A DNA stretch of 63,379 bases, counting the filler, from Sphacelaria rigidula (taxonomy: Eukaryota): assembly GCA_964200075.2 (NCBI GenBank). It is 11 parts of 11 records of this genome, joined end to end, with 100 filler letters (N's around TTAATTAATTAA, not from the genome) between each part and the next. Parts side by side here need not be neighbours in the genome. Positions count along the whole stretch, not along the records: positions 1 to 5,671 come from CAXNAA020025393.1; positions 5,772 to 11,442 come from CAXNAA020025394.1; 9 more parts are not named here. The stretch is one strand, 5' to 3'. A program made the translations under genes and the position numbers. This document shows positions 1 to 10,298 of this stretch, piece after piece (position 1 is the stretch's first letter; each line of letters starts with the position of its first letter). Under the pieces are notes generated by a model. That model had not been told where the DNA came from. It saw only the letters and a program-made list of their open reading frames with translations, and did no database searches.

Positions 1-478
1 TTTTCGCCGGACCAGGCTCGCACTCCATCACCAAGCGCGAAGCGCCGTGTGTTCGGCGAGTCGCATGAAGGCTGAGCTGCATCCTGCTAAAATGTTCGGC
101 CCGAAGCCTGCTGATTTTCTTGCATTAGGATGACAGCCTGCAATGAGTTGCTTTCTTTTCTGCTATCGCCACTTCCAGAGACAGCCACGGCTTATACACT
201 GCCTCATTGGTGTCTCACCATTCAAACACTACCTAGTACGATTATACCCTTTGTGCGAAGTTGAGATTCCCCCTCGCCGCACAACATGATCTAACTCGAC
301 CACCATCATGGTTACCGCAAAAAAAACGCAAGCGCGCAAGAAAAATCGGTAACCTGGTTGCCCAGCTTACGCAGTGAGTGGTGTGTTTTCACAGTGTCAT
401 TGCCAACCTACGCCAACCGCATAGGGGGCCCGTCCCTACAAAGCCGGGACGGAGCACGCCGGATTTTCGCCGCACCAG
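1..478 (-). mobile_element. Non-autonomous retroposon-like repeat, copy A (truncated by contig start)
   Basis: Diverged reverse complement of 694-1180 over its whole length. It carries the family motif TCCCTACAAAGCCGGGACGGAGCACGCCGGATTTTCGCCG. Confidence 0.75.
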
Positions 479-693
479 ATAGGGGAGGCGGGGAGGAATT
501 TTGGGCCATTTCTTCCACGACATTCCACTTCATATCGTCGTTGAAAGCAGCAACTTTATTCGAGTCCGCTCGTACGAAAGACACGATTCTACTGCTTGAC
601 ACCGTTTTCACACAAAAACAAGCGCACCGCTAGTGGGTTAGGCCGTCTAAAACATCTACGAGCCCCTTTCTTCGTGGAACCAACCCCTTCCCC
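479..693. mobile_element. Body of a C-run-TIR MITE (same family as 13947-14193)
   Basis: Aligns by eye with the reverse complement of 13947-14193 (ATTCCACTTCA..CGTTGAAA..CAAGCGCACCGC). Confidence 0.7.
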
Positions 694-1258
694 TGGTCCG
701 GCGAAAATCCGGCGTGCTCCATCCCGGCTTTGTAGGGACGGACCCCCTACGAAATTGGCATCGATTGGCAATAACGCTGTGAAAACACGCCTCTCACTGC
801 GTACGCTAGGCAACCATGATGACGTCACCATTTTGTTTCTCGCGCTCCTGCGTTTTTTTGCGGTAACCATGGTGGTAGTCGAGCTAGATCATATTGTGCG
901 GGGTAGGAGAGCCTCAACTCTGCGCAAAGGGATGATAGTGCTACGTAGTGTTTAAATAGTGAAACACCAATGAGGCAGTGTGTAAGTCGTGGCTGTCTCT
1001 GGAGGTGGCGACACCAAAAAATGAAGCACCTCGTTGTAGGCTGTCATCCTAATGAAAAATAACCAGCACGCTATGGGTCGGAAAATCTTAGCAGGATGCA
1101 GCTCAGCCTTCATGCGACTCGCCGAACACACCACGGTGCTTCGTGCTTGGTGATTGATTGAGAGCTTGGTCCGGCGAAAATCCGGGGTGCTCCGTCTCGG
1201 CTTTGTAGGGATGCGATGTCAAACGCCACATGGATACGGCTTGCACAATAATGAGTAC
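694..1258 (+). mobile_element. Non-autonomous retroposon-like repeat, copy B (~565 bp, LINE-like 3' tail, ~45-bp direct repeat near both ends)
   Basis: TGGTCCGGCGAAAATCCGG..TGCTCC..CGGCTTTGTAGGGA occurs at ~694 and ~1167. The copy ends ATGAGTAC followed by a C-run. Further copies lie at 23085-23390, 28545-28605 and 49473-49650. Confidence 0.75.
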
Positions 1259-1689
1259 CCCCCCGCCGCCGCAACACATCGTTATCGTAGAATCAGTCGA
1301 AAGATCGAAGGTGTGACAGTCGATAGACACGGTCATATTCCAGCATATCAGGTTTCCTTTGATGAAAACGTGGGGAAGCGAGTGGCAAATAAACAGCGAC
1401 GATAGTCAATAGGGTGCGTGAGTGTCGGTTCAATCGTTCACGACAAATGGCAAGCAGTTACCGAGGGAGGGAGGGAGGGAGAGATGGGCTGATCCCTTGA
1501 GACGACGGGCTCGTCCCAAGGAAGGAGAAGGTGTAAATAATGTGGCAACCCCCTCTTCCCCATCCGGGAACGAAAAACAAATGATGGAGCGAGGGAAACG
1601 GTGTGCAGATTCTGAATCGCGGGTCCGTCCTGTTTTTCTCGCTAGGGCATCCTAGTGTGGCAATTTTGAATACAAACATATATCTTGAA

Positions 1690-2280
1690 TATGAGCTGGG
1701 CTGGAAGTAAATCCCACATTCTCTCTCCGCACTACAACTTCTCAAGCTTCCCAAATCAGCGCGACTTGAGCATATCGCTCTGAACTGCAGACTAACCTGG
1801 TAACGCACGGCACGGCCGCTGCTTGATTGGCGCAGTTTTGGCGATTATGTTATTGTACTGTATTGAGTACCGGGTGCGTCTCTTCCCATTGCGTGACAAC
1901 GTGTCTGGAGACGTTTCGTTTCACAAAATGTGGTGGACCGTTGCGCGGCATAGGCACACGCACACCCGACATGCCCAGGCAAGAGCACACTGGTAGTGCT
2001 GCAAAATAGCATCAAGCTCGTCATAAGCTCCATAATGGGAGATAACCTCCGAGCCAACTGTCGTATATCACCGCACGAGGGAGAAGTACTACTTGAAACT
2101 GCACTATACCCCCCTCCATAAGCAAGACCGTCACCAAAATATCGAGACCCCTTGCAACCCATAGGTACGAGAGATTATGCACGATTAGTATGCAGACAAG
2201 AATTATTGGTTATGTCGGGATTCGAACTCGTGACCTGTGTAATTTGAGGCTGTTGTATCAGTTTGACCACCGGGGTCACA
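1690..2280 (-). mobile_element. tRNA-headed SINE-like repeat
   Basis: The minus strand of 2211-2280 has an A-box-like TGGTCAAACTGA and a B-box GAGTTCGAATCCC. The block 1690-1820 (CCCAAATCAGCGCGACTTGAGCATATCGCT...ACTAACCTGGTAAC) recurs with the same head at 12262-12530. Confidence 0.5.
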
Positions 2281-3046
2281 CATAAAGTGCGACGAAGCCC
2301 AATTTACGTATTTCTGGCTGAAACTCTACGAGGATGTGGTTGACGCAAGTGCCCGTATGTACCGGAGCGTTGTCATCGTTTTTATCAATTGTGGACGAAG
2401 TTATAGCAGTTTTCCCTTTTTTTGCTGAAACTTCAACTCGCTCTAACTTCCTGCTTTGTTTATTTTTCCGTCACACCCCTCACAGGGTTGCGCGGATTGA
2501 TGATAAAATTGTCGTGTCAACATTTCAGCGCCTAACTCTTCGAATTGCCAATAGCATCTCCACTCTTAGTTTCAAAATTACTGATGGCCGGCCCAGCTCG
2601 TATCAGGATGCGGGGTCGTGCGGTAAATGTATGCTAGACAGGACTGTAGTTCAGTGTAGCGTGATGACCGGATTTTTTCGACGAAGTCATCACAGCGTGA
2701 AGAGCGATCGTGGTGTTTGGCGTTCCGTTGGTTGCGTCACGCCAAAAAAACTAACGCGTGCATCGCACCAACTAAACGTTCAAAGTCTTCATTTTTTGTG
2801 AGTGAAACCCTTTCTCGCCCCCCCCCACATGAAACTTGATCCAACTACCTACGTCGACGATAGCTAGCTTAGCTGACCAAACTAAACCAGCTGATTGGGC
2901 TTCCAAGATTGTTTTCGGTGTGAATGTACCCCCCCCTCCCCTTCTCCGGCGTGGCACACTCCTGCACTGTAACAGCAGGAACGAAGCCACAAGAAACCCA
3001 AGCATAAAGCCGAGAAGGTACAGTTGTGGTACCCTTTGTAGTTCAC

Positions 3047-3166
3047 CTGAGAATAGACATGAGGAAAGCGCTTTTGTTTCTTATGGAATCTATATCGCTC
3101 TGCGCGAACTCGTCCATCGCTGTTGACGCCTGTGGTTCCGTCAGTTCCTTGAACACGTCTAAGCAC
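3047..3166 (-). CDS. Exon of hnRNP Q/R (SYNCRIP)-like protein, N-terminal acidic/NURR-like domain, second half
   Basis: CAG| acceptor and |GTGAAC donor. Translates (R)CLDVFKELTEPQASTAMDEFAQSDIDSIRNKSAFLMSIL(R), which matches the hnRNP Q/R pattern ..ALKEF....A..VL..F..SDL.HV.NKSAFLCGVM. In phase with exon 4098-4189. Absent from the ORF track in this frame. Confidence 0.8.
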
Positions 3167-3356
3167 CTGCTCCAGTTTTTAGGCGGAGTATGAGACAGGG
3201 TGGTGCGGAAGGAGGGGGGCGCGCGGGGGGGGGGGGGGGGGGGGGGGGGGCCCCCTCTGTTTTAAAATGGGCTTTCCAGTTGTGGACGCGAAAGCACCCG
3301 CGTGAACACCCCCNNNNNNNNNNGCTTGCCGGCGTGCCGTGGGGGGGGGGGTGCGT

Positions 3357-3428
<72 letters not shown>

Positions 3429-3429
3429 G

Positions 3430-3500
3430 AAGTGGCACTCACTCAGTTACAATATGCGTCTCAAGTTTGCTTCAAAACTCGCGCGTGGCTGTAACAGCAC
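3430..3500 (-). mobile_element. Putative 3' end of a non-LTR retroposon abutting a long C-run
   Basis: Minus strand reads ...GAGTGAGTGCCACTTCA and then a C-rich run of about 85 nt. It resembles the other GAGTRC+C-run tails in the window. Confidence 0.3.
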
Positions 3501-4097
3501 AACAAACACGAGACAGATCGGTTAACGCGTTAGATGATGACCTAACTGTACCGGGGTGGTGACGGCAAGCAAGGCAAGAACGAAACACAGTAGCAAGATG
3601 TCATCCTCGTTACTCCCCCCCCCCCCCCCTTCCCCCTCCTGTCTCAAAACAAAGCCGGATCACAAAGACAAGCCAAGAACCAAACTAACTGTTCATATTT
3701 CAATCATTTTTTTTCTTGTTCTGTCAAGAAGGAAGAGCTTTTTGTTCGTCCAACATGAGCTTTTCACCACAGTAGTGATACAGTACATTCTTGGTGGTCA
3801 AATAGGGGTGAGGAACCAAGTGCACTCCTCTACAATGCGCTTCTTGGACACGAATGCTGGAGCAAACAAGAGAGTAACCGCTGCATTCGTTCTTCTCCGC
3901 CATGGCCTTACGAACGCGGATTAGCACAGGAAGTGTCCGCAAAGGTAAAAAGGTACTCCCCTAAAACTCAAGCCAACCACAAAAAGCACCCCGAAGGCCA
4001 ATTACTGCATTTTACTATTATTTTTTCTCTGTGTGTCTGGAACCCTCTTTTCTCCTTCGTTTTTCATATTTTTCCCACGTATTCCAACGAGTCTTGC

Positions 4098-4189
4098 CTC
4101 TGGTCCACATCTTCTTCCTTGAGGAAAGCCTTCTGGTACAACTCCTGCAAGCGAGCCTTTAGCGTGGGCGAAAGACCGTTTGGGCCCAT
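4098..4189 (-). CDS. Exon of hnRNP Q/R (SYNCRIP)-like protein, N-terminal acidic/NURR-like domain, first half
   Basis: CACAG| acceptor. Translates MGPNGLSPTLKARLQELYQKAFLKEEDVDQ(R), compare GL...V..KL.EIY..G.....DLDER. The donor is AG|GCAAGA (GC type). Confidence 0.78.
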
Positions 4190-5494
4190 CTGTGTCCCCA
4201 CCAACCGCCACAACCAACCGCCAAGCGAGCACAGTACGGAATACAGGACCACAGATGGCGTTTTCAGCAAACAGCGGAAGTAGGCGGTAGGGGGTGCGCG
4301 CGGGGGCGGGGGGGGGGGGGACGGAACAAAACAAAACAGCGCAGAGCACAACAGAACAGAAACAATCGGCGACCCGATTATAAAGAAGAAAACTCGATTG
4401 AATCTGTTTTGAGAACAATAAAAAACATTTTTATCTTTTATCTTTTATCTTCTATCTTTTATAAATGATTACAGTGATGTGCCCTATATGGTGCGGGCTG
4501 TATAGTGTGCCGGTTGCCGGTATAGTGCTAGAACAGAGCGAACCTGCAGTAGTGCCGGTGTAGGCACTACTGCGGACAACCCCATATAGCGCCGATTTGA
4601 GCACCTTTTGTCTCCCTCAGCACTGCTGTGTGTTACAACTTCATTCATATTATACATGGGAGTATGCACCAAAAGGTCGTAAGTGGTGAGAGCACGGGGC
4701 ACAGGGGGGGGGGGTGCCCCACCTTCCTACAGTCAGCTTTCACCACACTTTGGCGATCTGGAGAAGACACCGGAGGACTATGGCAATGGACAAGCCATCC
4801 TTCACCTAATGAAGGTCAAGCTAGCGTTCATCGCAGCGTATGCCTCTAAAGCCAACTCGACAGGCAGATATATCAGGGAATTTCTTGAGGCAGGGGAGCG
4901 AGGGGGAGTACATGAGAGTAGGTTCGAAGGTTTCCGGTAATGTTGTACAGTACCGCAGGTTTACGTTACAGCGCAGTGCAGTGAAGTGCAGTCAAGTACG
5001 GCACAGTACAGTGCAGCCGTGATTTTCAAGTACAGGTCGCACCGTTCTACCGGTGTTGTTGGTGTTTTGGGGTCGCTGAAGTCAGCACGGTGTCTGTGTG
5101 CATAGCTACAGCACTTTTCCGCGATAGCTCCCCCCCTCCCACCCCCCTCCCAAACCCTCACTCTAAACCTACAGTATACGGCGCCGTATGTGCCGGCCGT
5201 ATCAAGAGGAGGCAAACGCAGGGCTTCGCTAGCTCCGTTGGTTTGATTGGCGCATTTTCTCGTTCGTCAGCTTTTCTACAGAGTCTTGTGCTCTGTACAG
5301 TACTGAGTACTGTACGTACCACGACGGGAGTGTTGTTTTCAGGCTGGGCAAAATCGCAGGGTGTTGGCAAGTAAGTCGCCTTGGCTTGCCCCGGCGTGTA
5401 GCCACGGAGGAATATTCCATACGTCGGACGAGCACGAGTGTCACTCGTCGCACTCGCACTCGTTGGGCTGCTCGTTGGCCGAAAAATTATCAGG

Positions 5495-5671
5495 GCGAGC
5501 ACTCGAGTCATTGCTCGTTGTGCAAAAAACGAACAGGTTGAGCACTCGAGTCATTGCTCGTTGTGGAAAAATGAATAGGGCGAGCACTCGAGTCATCGCT
5601 CGTTGTGGAAAAAGGTGATGGCTTGAGCACACGAGTCATTGCTCGTTGTAAAAAAAAGTAATGACTCGAGC
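5495..5671. repeat. ~43-bp tandem repeat with hairpin core GAGCACTCGAGTCATTGCTCGTTGT
   Basis: Four copies separated by short A-rich linkers, running into the contig end. The core contains the inverted pair CGAGCA...TGCTCG. Confidence 0.85.
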
Positions 5672-5771
5672 NNNNNNNNNNNNNNNNNNNNNNNNNNNNN
5701 NNNNNNNNNNNNNNNTTAATTAATTAANNNNNNNNNNNNNNNNNNNNNNNNNNNNNNNNNNNNNNNNNNNN
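5672..5771. other. Artificial contig linker (N44-TTAATTAATTAA-N44); first of 10
   Basis: Identical 100-nt linkers at 5672-5771, 11443-11542, 17214-17313, 22985-23084, 28756-28855, 34527-34626, 40298-40397, 46069-46168, 51840-51939 and 57610-57709. The core puts stop codons in all six frames. Confidence 0.98.
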
Positions 5772-6169
5772 CGGCCCAACTCGTCTGTGTCGATGAGATA
5801 TTGCTTCTAGAGCTTAAACACGTTTGTAGGCTGACCTAGCTCGTAGTCAGGGCCGATCTTCACGAGAGCAAAAAAAAAAAGCCAAGAAAATCGCTCAAGA
5901 GCAGCACGTTGACTTGTCGCGGCAACATCACGCTGCAAGGTGACATCGCGGCGAAAAATCAATCAAAATGCTGCTCTTGGACGTTCTTCTTCCCCTTGAC
6001 GTTATTTTTATCCCAGTAAGACCATCTTATATGGCAACGAATCTCGATATTTTTTATCGGGGGAACTCAGGTTCGCGAAGTCACAATCGGGGAGACCGTT
6101 TTATTGTATCACAGATTCGTGAAACAGTTATGTACAGTCATTTTCTGCATGAGTGTGGTGTCGCGTACT

Positions 6170-6500
6170 CGTGCATGAAGCCGAAGAGCAGGCAGGCGGC
6201 GAATAATCCTTCGAGTACAATGTCGTACCGTGGTACCATAGGGCAATACAGTGCAGGACACTCCATTACAGTAGATGATAATGCCGTGTAGCAGTAGATG
6301 ATGGCACAGCGACAACAGACTAGGATGCTGTAGTACAGTACCGTTCGCTATAGTGATACATATGGCAGCACAGTGCTGCATGAAATATTGCTATCGCCAC
6401 AGAGTAAGGCGTCAACATTTATTATCCGCTCATGAAACCCCGTGCGAAGCTCCTTCGGCTGCTGGCGCAGGCAGGCACGCCCTACGTTGTCACGACACTG
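6170..6500 (+). repeat. Dispersed CAGTA-rich repeat, copy 1
   Basis: Matches 7808-8175 (GAAGCC.AAGA.CAGGCAGGC...AGGGCAATACAG...TTATCCGCT..T.AAACCCCGTGCG). Confidence 0.7.
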
Positions 6501-7257
6501 TCTTCTACTGCGGTTGTTTGATTGTTTAAACGCCTTAAACCCTACCGTTGTATGTCAATGCACGTACCTCCTTTCCTCAAAATCGGGGTGCCCTTAGCTT
6601 TCCCCCGGCTTTTCGAAAAAATCGGGGGAAATCGTTCTGAGATCGTGACAACCCAGTTTGTTCTCCCCCGATTTGGTCTAAAACGGTGTCCATTGAATGC
6701 GTTCCCCGTTGTTTTTCCCCCGATGCTCGAAAAAATCGAGACTGAAAACCATAAAAGATAGTCTAAGATCATTTTGTATGGCAACCAATCCGTACTTGTA
6801 CAAATATGAGGATTTCAGCCCGTCTTCGTCCGATTTTCTCCCGTGGATTGATTTTTCGGACCCCATGTTTTGTTTCAAGGGTCGAACAAATGATGATTCG
6901 TCTGGAAATTACTAGGTTTAACGATCTTAGCCGGTTCGAGTCACCAAATCCACGATTTCTTAGGCCTGATTGATCGAAAAAGAGGGAAAAGCCGACCGCT
7001 GGTCAAACAGGTCTCCACGCAACTTTTGCGCCATTCCACGTGCCTGGGCTTCGCGTACCTGGCTTGCAACGCTGAAAACAAGGCTCAAGGATCGACTGGT
7101 ACCTCACGAATCACTCACACTAAAATAAAGTAATTTCCGGACGAATTCCGGACGAATTAATGATTCGTCCGACCCTTGGATTTTGTGCTTACCTTGTCCC
7201 CTGCCGTTCCCTGTGCGCCCTGCCCCACCCCACCACTTCCCTTCCTCTCACGTTCAG

Positions 7258-7402
7258 CGCCCGCTTTGCCACTCTGGCGTGGTCCGAGATGGCGACCAAG
7301 CAGGCGGAGTACCCGTATGGTCTCGTCGCAGGGGGCATGGGGGACGGCACCGTGAACGTCTGGGACCCAGCAAAACTGGTGGCCAGTCACCCCCAGCCTC
7401 AG
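7258..7402 (+). CDS. SEC31: SEC31 (COPII outer coat) WD40 region, exon
   Basis: TTCAG| acceptor and CAG|GTGTGT donor. Translates ARFATLAWSEMATKQAEYPYGLVAGGMGDGTVNVWDPAKLVASHPQPQ, the Sec31 RF..L.W...G.IAGG..DG....WDP motif. Confidence 0.92.
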
Positions 7403-7807
7403 GTGTGTACCGTTACGGGGGTGCAAGTGGATATTTTGGGGCGTATTGCGTGCATGGTTATGTCCTGTTCTGAAACATGAAGGTGATCTATCATGTTCGG
7501 GGCGCTGTTGGCTGCCCGCGATTTTTACACTTGCTATGTGTTTGTTCTCGTAGAGAGGTATAGCAATCCTACGTTATGCACATGTAGTGTGTACCGATGG
7601 AAGGTGTGGATTTGGTCTCGAACGTATGGGTATGCAGACGTAGAGCGAAGCACTCATTTCTTGCTGTAGATTTGTCGTCAGTCAGACGAGTATTTTTACG
7701 CGGACAAATCCTGAACCTGCAGAGACTCATACTTGCGAAAATCAGACTTGTTGGAATAGTTCTGTACACGAAGGGTAATTTTTTGCAAGGTGGTATCGTG
7801 TTCTTTT

Positions 7808-8175
7808 GAAGCCAAAGAACAGGCAGGCAGTAAATCATCGTTTGAAGTACAGTGTCGTACCCTCGTCCCCGAGGGCAATACAGAGCAGTGCACTTAATCA
7901 CAGTACACGAGAATGTGCGGTAATACATGATGGTACAGTCAGTATTGCGAGAACAGTGCAGTACGAGTGCAGTGCCGTACATTGCCCTGCAAGTACAACG
8001 ACAACCGGTGGTAGGATAGTACAGCACCAGTGCAGTGTACTACACTACTATTGCCGCAGGGTACGACATCAACAGTTCTTATCCGCTTGTCAAACCCCGT
8101 GCGCGCTCCCTGTGCTACGAATTGCCGCAGCAGCTAGCACGAGTAGGCACGGCCTGTGCTGTCACGAGACTACCT
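7808..8175 (+). repeat. Dispersed CAGTA-rich repeat, copy 2 (in SEC31 intron)
   Basis: Diverged direct copy of 6170-6500. Confidence 0.7.
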
Positions 8176-8399
8176 GTTACTACGGTTTCAAAAAGATCAA
8201 ACGCGTCTTGCCCCATCATTGTGTACAGCAGTGGGAGGTCTAACTATTTGGGGGTGTTTCGGGGTTTTCCTCGCGTACTACTCTTCGATAGAGCTCGAAA
8301 CTGCTAGCGTCAGTAGATTTTGGTACAACAAAGCAGATCAGTCTTAGTTGGTGTTGTCAAGCGAAACGAGTTAATGCGCCGTTCATCAGGAGGGTGTTT

Positions 8400-8750
8400 T
8401 TGACTGTGAAACACCGTTTTTCGGCCCTAGTGCACTGAGTAGGCATGAATAACAAAAAAACACTGTATATTTTTTGCAAATATGATCGGGACGGGCTCGA
8501 TCGACCGAAAAAACAAAAGAGAGAGAATCTGGGCTGAAATTTGGCAGGACCCTCGATGACCGGTCAGCTCGTGAGTCACTCAATATTGAGTACATATGGT
8601 TTTTTCTTCTTGGAATGTGGAGCGGTTACAAATATCTTGAGTTATTCGAAGTGATGAGGGTTGGCAAGCGAGAAGAGCCTAAGAAAATCGCCAATTACGA
8701 AAAAGTCACAAAATACCACAAAATTATTAGTCAGACCGCCCACTACTGTA
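8400..8750. repeat. Dispersed repeat in SEC31 intron
   Basis: Its reverse complement is at 24945-25265 (ATGTACTC.ATATTGAG.GACT.ACG.GCT.ACCGGTCATCG.GGGTCCTGCCA). Confidence 0.75.
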
Positions 8751-9548
8751 TCACTGGACGTGCATCACCTTCCCACAGATGGGGGGAATCTCAACTTTCC
8801 CCAGATCTGTGGCGCAGATTGGAGAAATTCATGTGAAATTCGAAAATCCCGATGAGCGCCCCCGATCTGCGTACAGAGCGATATCTGTGTTATCACAAAC
8901 ACTAGTCTCCCTCAAGGGTCTGACATTGTTTGATACCCCCCCTATCCTCGCCTACGGGATAAACGGTCGATACGAGACCGGTGAAAAAAAGCCAGGGTCC
9001 AGACCACCGCCTCGTCAGGGAGGAGTTGAAGTTAGAGTAGTATAATTTTCTACGATGATTCTCATTTCGCGTACAGATATCTAGGATTAAGTAGATTGTG
9101 TGTATGTCATAATCCAAAGGTTGGATTCTGGTGTCCGAGTACACCCCAATTTTACCGTATTGTTATTGAGAAGGTTTTGGTCGAGCAACTTTCTGCGAGC
9201 TATAGTGTAATGACCAAAGCGATACTTGGACTCCCTGTGTTGAGATTCACTTGCCCGTGGGGCGGGCCTTGGCCGTGATGGGCAAGGTTCCCCAGTACGG
9301 GATTGGGGTTCGATACAAGGATTACAAAACGAACCGGCATTCAGACCATAATCTGGTGAGGAAGGGGTTGCTGAAGTCACGGTAGAGTTTGTTGGAGAAG
9401 ATTGCCCCCTCCCACGTCGGCAGTTGTAGTATATCGCGAAAAGTCTCAAGTTGAAAAATGACCGACTACTCCCCTCCCCGGCCGTCGCCATCTTCCGACC
9501 CAACTTTTTTTCCACACGGGTCTGCACCGGACCGGACTGGATTTATAG

Positions 9549-9719
9549 GTTGCTTCCGTGCAACGCCACAACGGACCGGTAACGGGTCTTCAGTTCAACC
9601 CTCACAAATCGTCGTCGCACTTGCTTGGATCGGGCGGTGCCGACAGCGAGGTGTTCATCATGGCGCTCGATCGCCCAGACGCGCCCACTGTGTTCGTGCC
9701 AGGCCCCAAGCCCAACACG
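9549..9719 (+). CDS. SEC31: SEC31 WD40 region, exon
   Basis: TATAG| acceptor and ACG|GTGAGT donor, phase 0/0. Translates VASVQRHNGPVTGLQFNPHKSSSHLLGSGGADSEVFIMALDRPDAPTVFVPGPKPNT. Confidence 0.93.
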
Positions 9720-10099
9720 GTGAGTCATACGTGGTCTGTGTGTGTGTCGGTGTGTGTATTTTCCTGGCTGTCGGTGTATAACCGTGGCCGCCGTCATTTA
9801 CCCCCCTTTTTTTACATCGTTTGTTGCATGTTCATAGATGGAAACTTCTACGCCGCGGTACTGTTGTGAAATAGTATCAGGGAAAGATCGCCAAAACCAA
9901 TCAACTATATTTTTCTTGTGGGGGGGGGGGGGTGGCTGTCTTCGTTTCTCATTCCCGAGATATGCCTTTGTTGGGTTCCAGCACAAGAAACCTCCCTCAT
10001 CCTCTATACCGCCTGTTCCTCTTGCCTCGCATGATATCTCATGGGCTATTGGGAACACCACGACAACTTCCACCACACAACGGCGAAAACGGCGACCAG

Positions 10100-10298
10100 T
10101 CGAGGCACACAGCGGAGGTAACGAAGGTGGCGTGGAACTCTCAGGTGTCCCACATCATGGCCACAGCGGCGCAGAACGGATCAACCATCGTGTGGGACCT
10201 GAAGCAAAAAAAGCCGTGGTGCGAGCTAAGGGATAGCAACCGCGCGCCCGTGACGGATGTCGCATGGAACCCGGAGCAGGGACAGCACCTTGTGACGG
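10100..10298 (+). CDS. SEC31: SEC31 WD40 region, exon
   Basis: CCAG| acceptor and G|GTGAGT donor. Translates SRHTAEVTKVAWNSQVSHIMATAAQNGSTIVWDLKQKKPWCELRDSNRAPVTDVAWNPEQGQHLVT, with the Sec31 AWN.QV.HI.A....G..VVWDL motif. Confidence 0.93.

Noticed and set aside
2211..2280. Functional tRNA gene
   Set aside because: A B-box is present, but I could not form a proper acceptor or anticodon stem. Treated as a SINE head.
3179..3525. Poly-Pro / poly-Gly ORFs
   Set aside because: These are translations of an intronic G/C homopolymer that contains an assembly gap.
5495..5671. CRISPR array
   Set aside because: The spacers are only ~16-19 nt and resemble each other, there are no cas genes, and the context is eukaryotic and intron-containing.
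5716..5727. TTAATTAATTAA as a periodic biological motif or piggyBac TTAA site
   Set aside because: It is always centred in N44 blocks, so it is an assembly linker.
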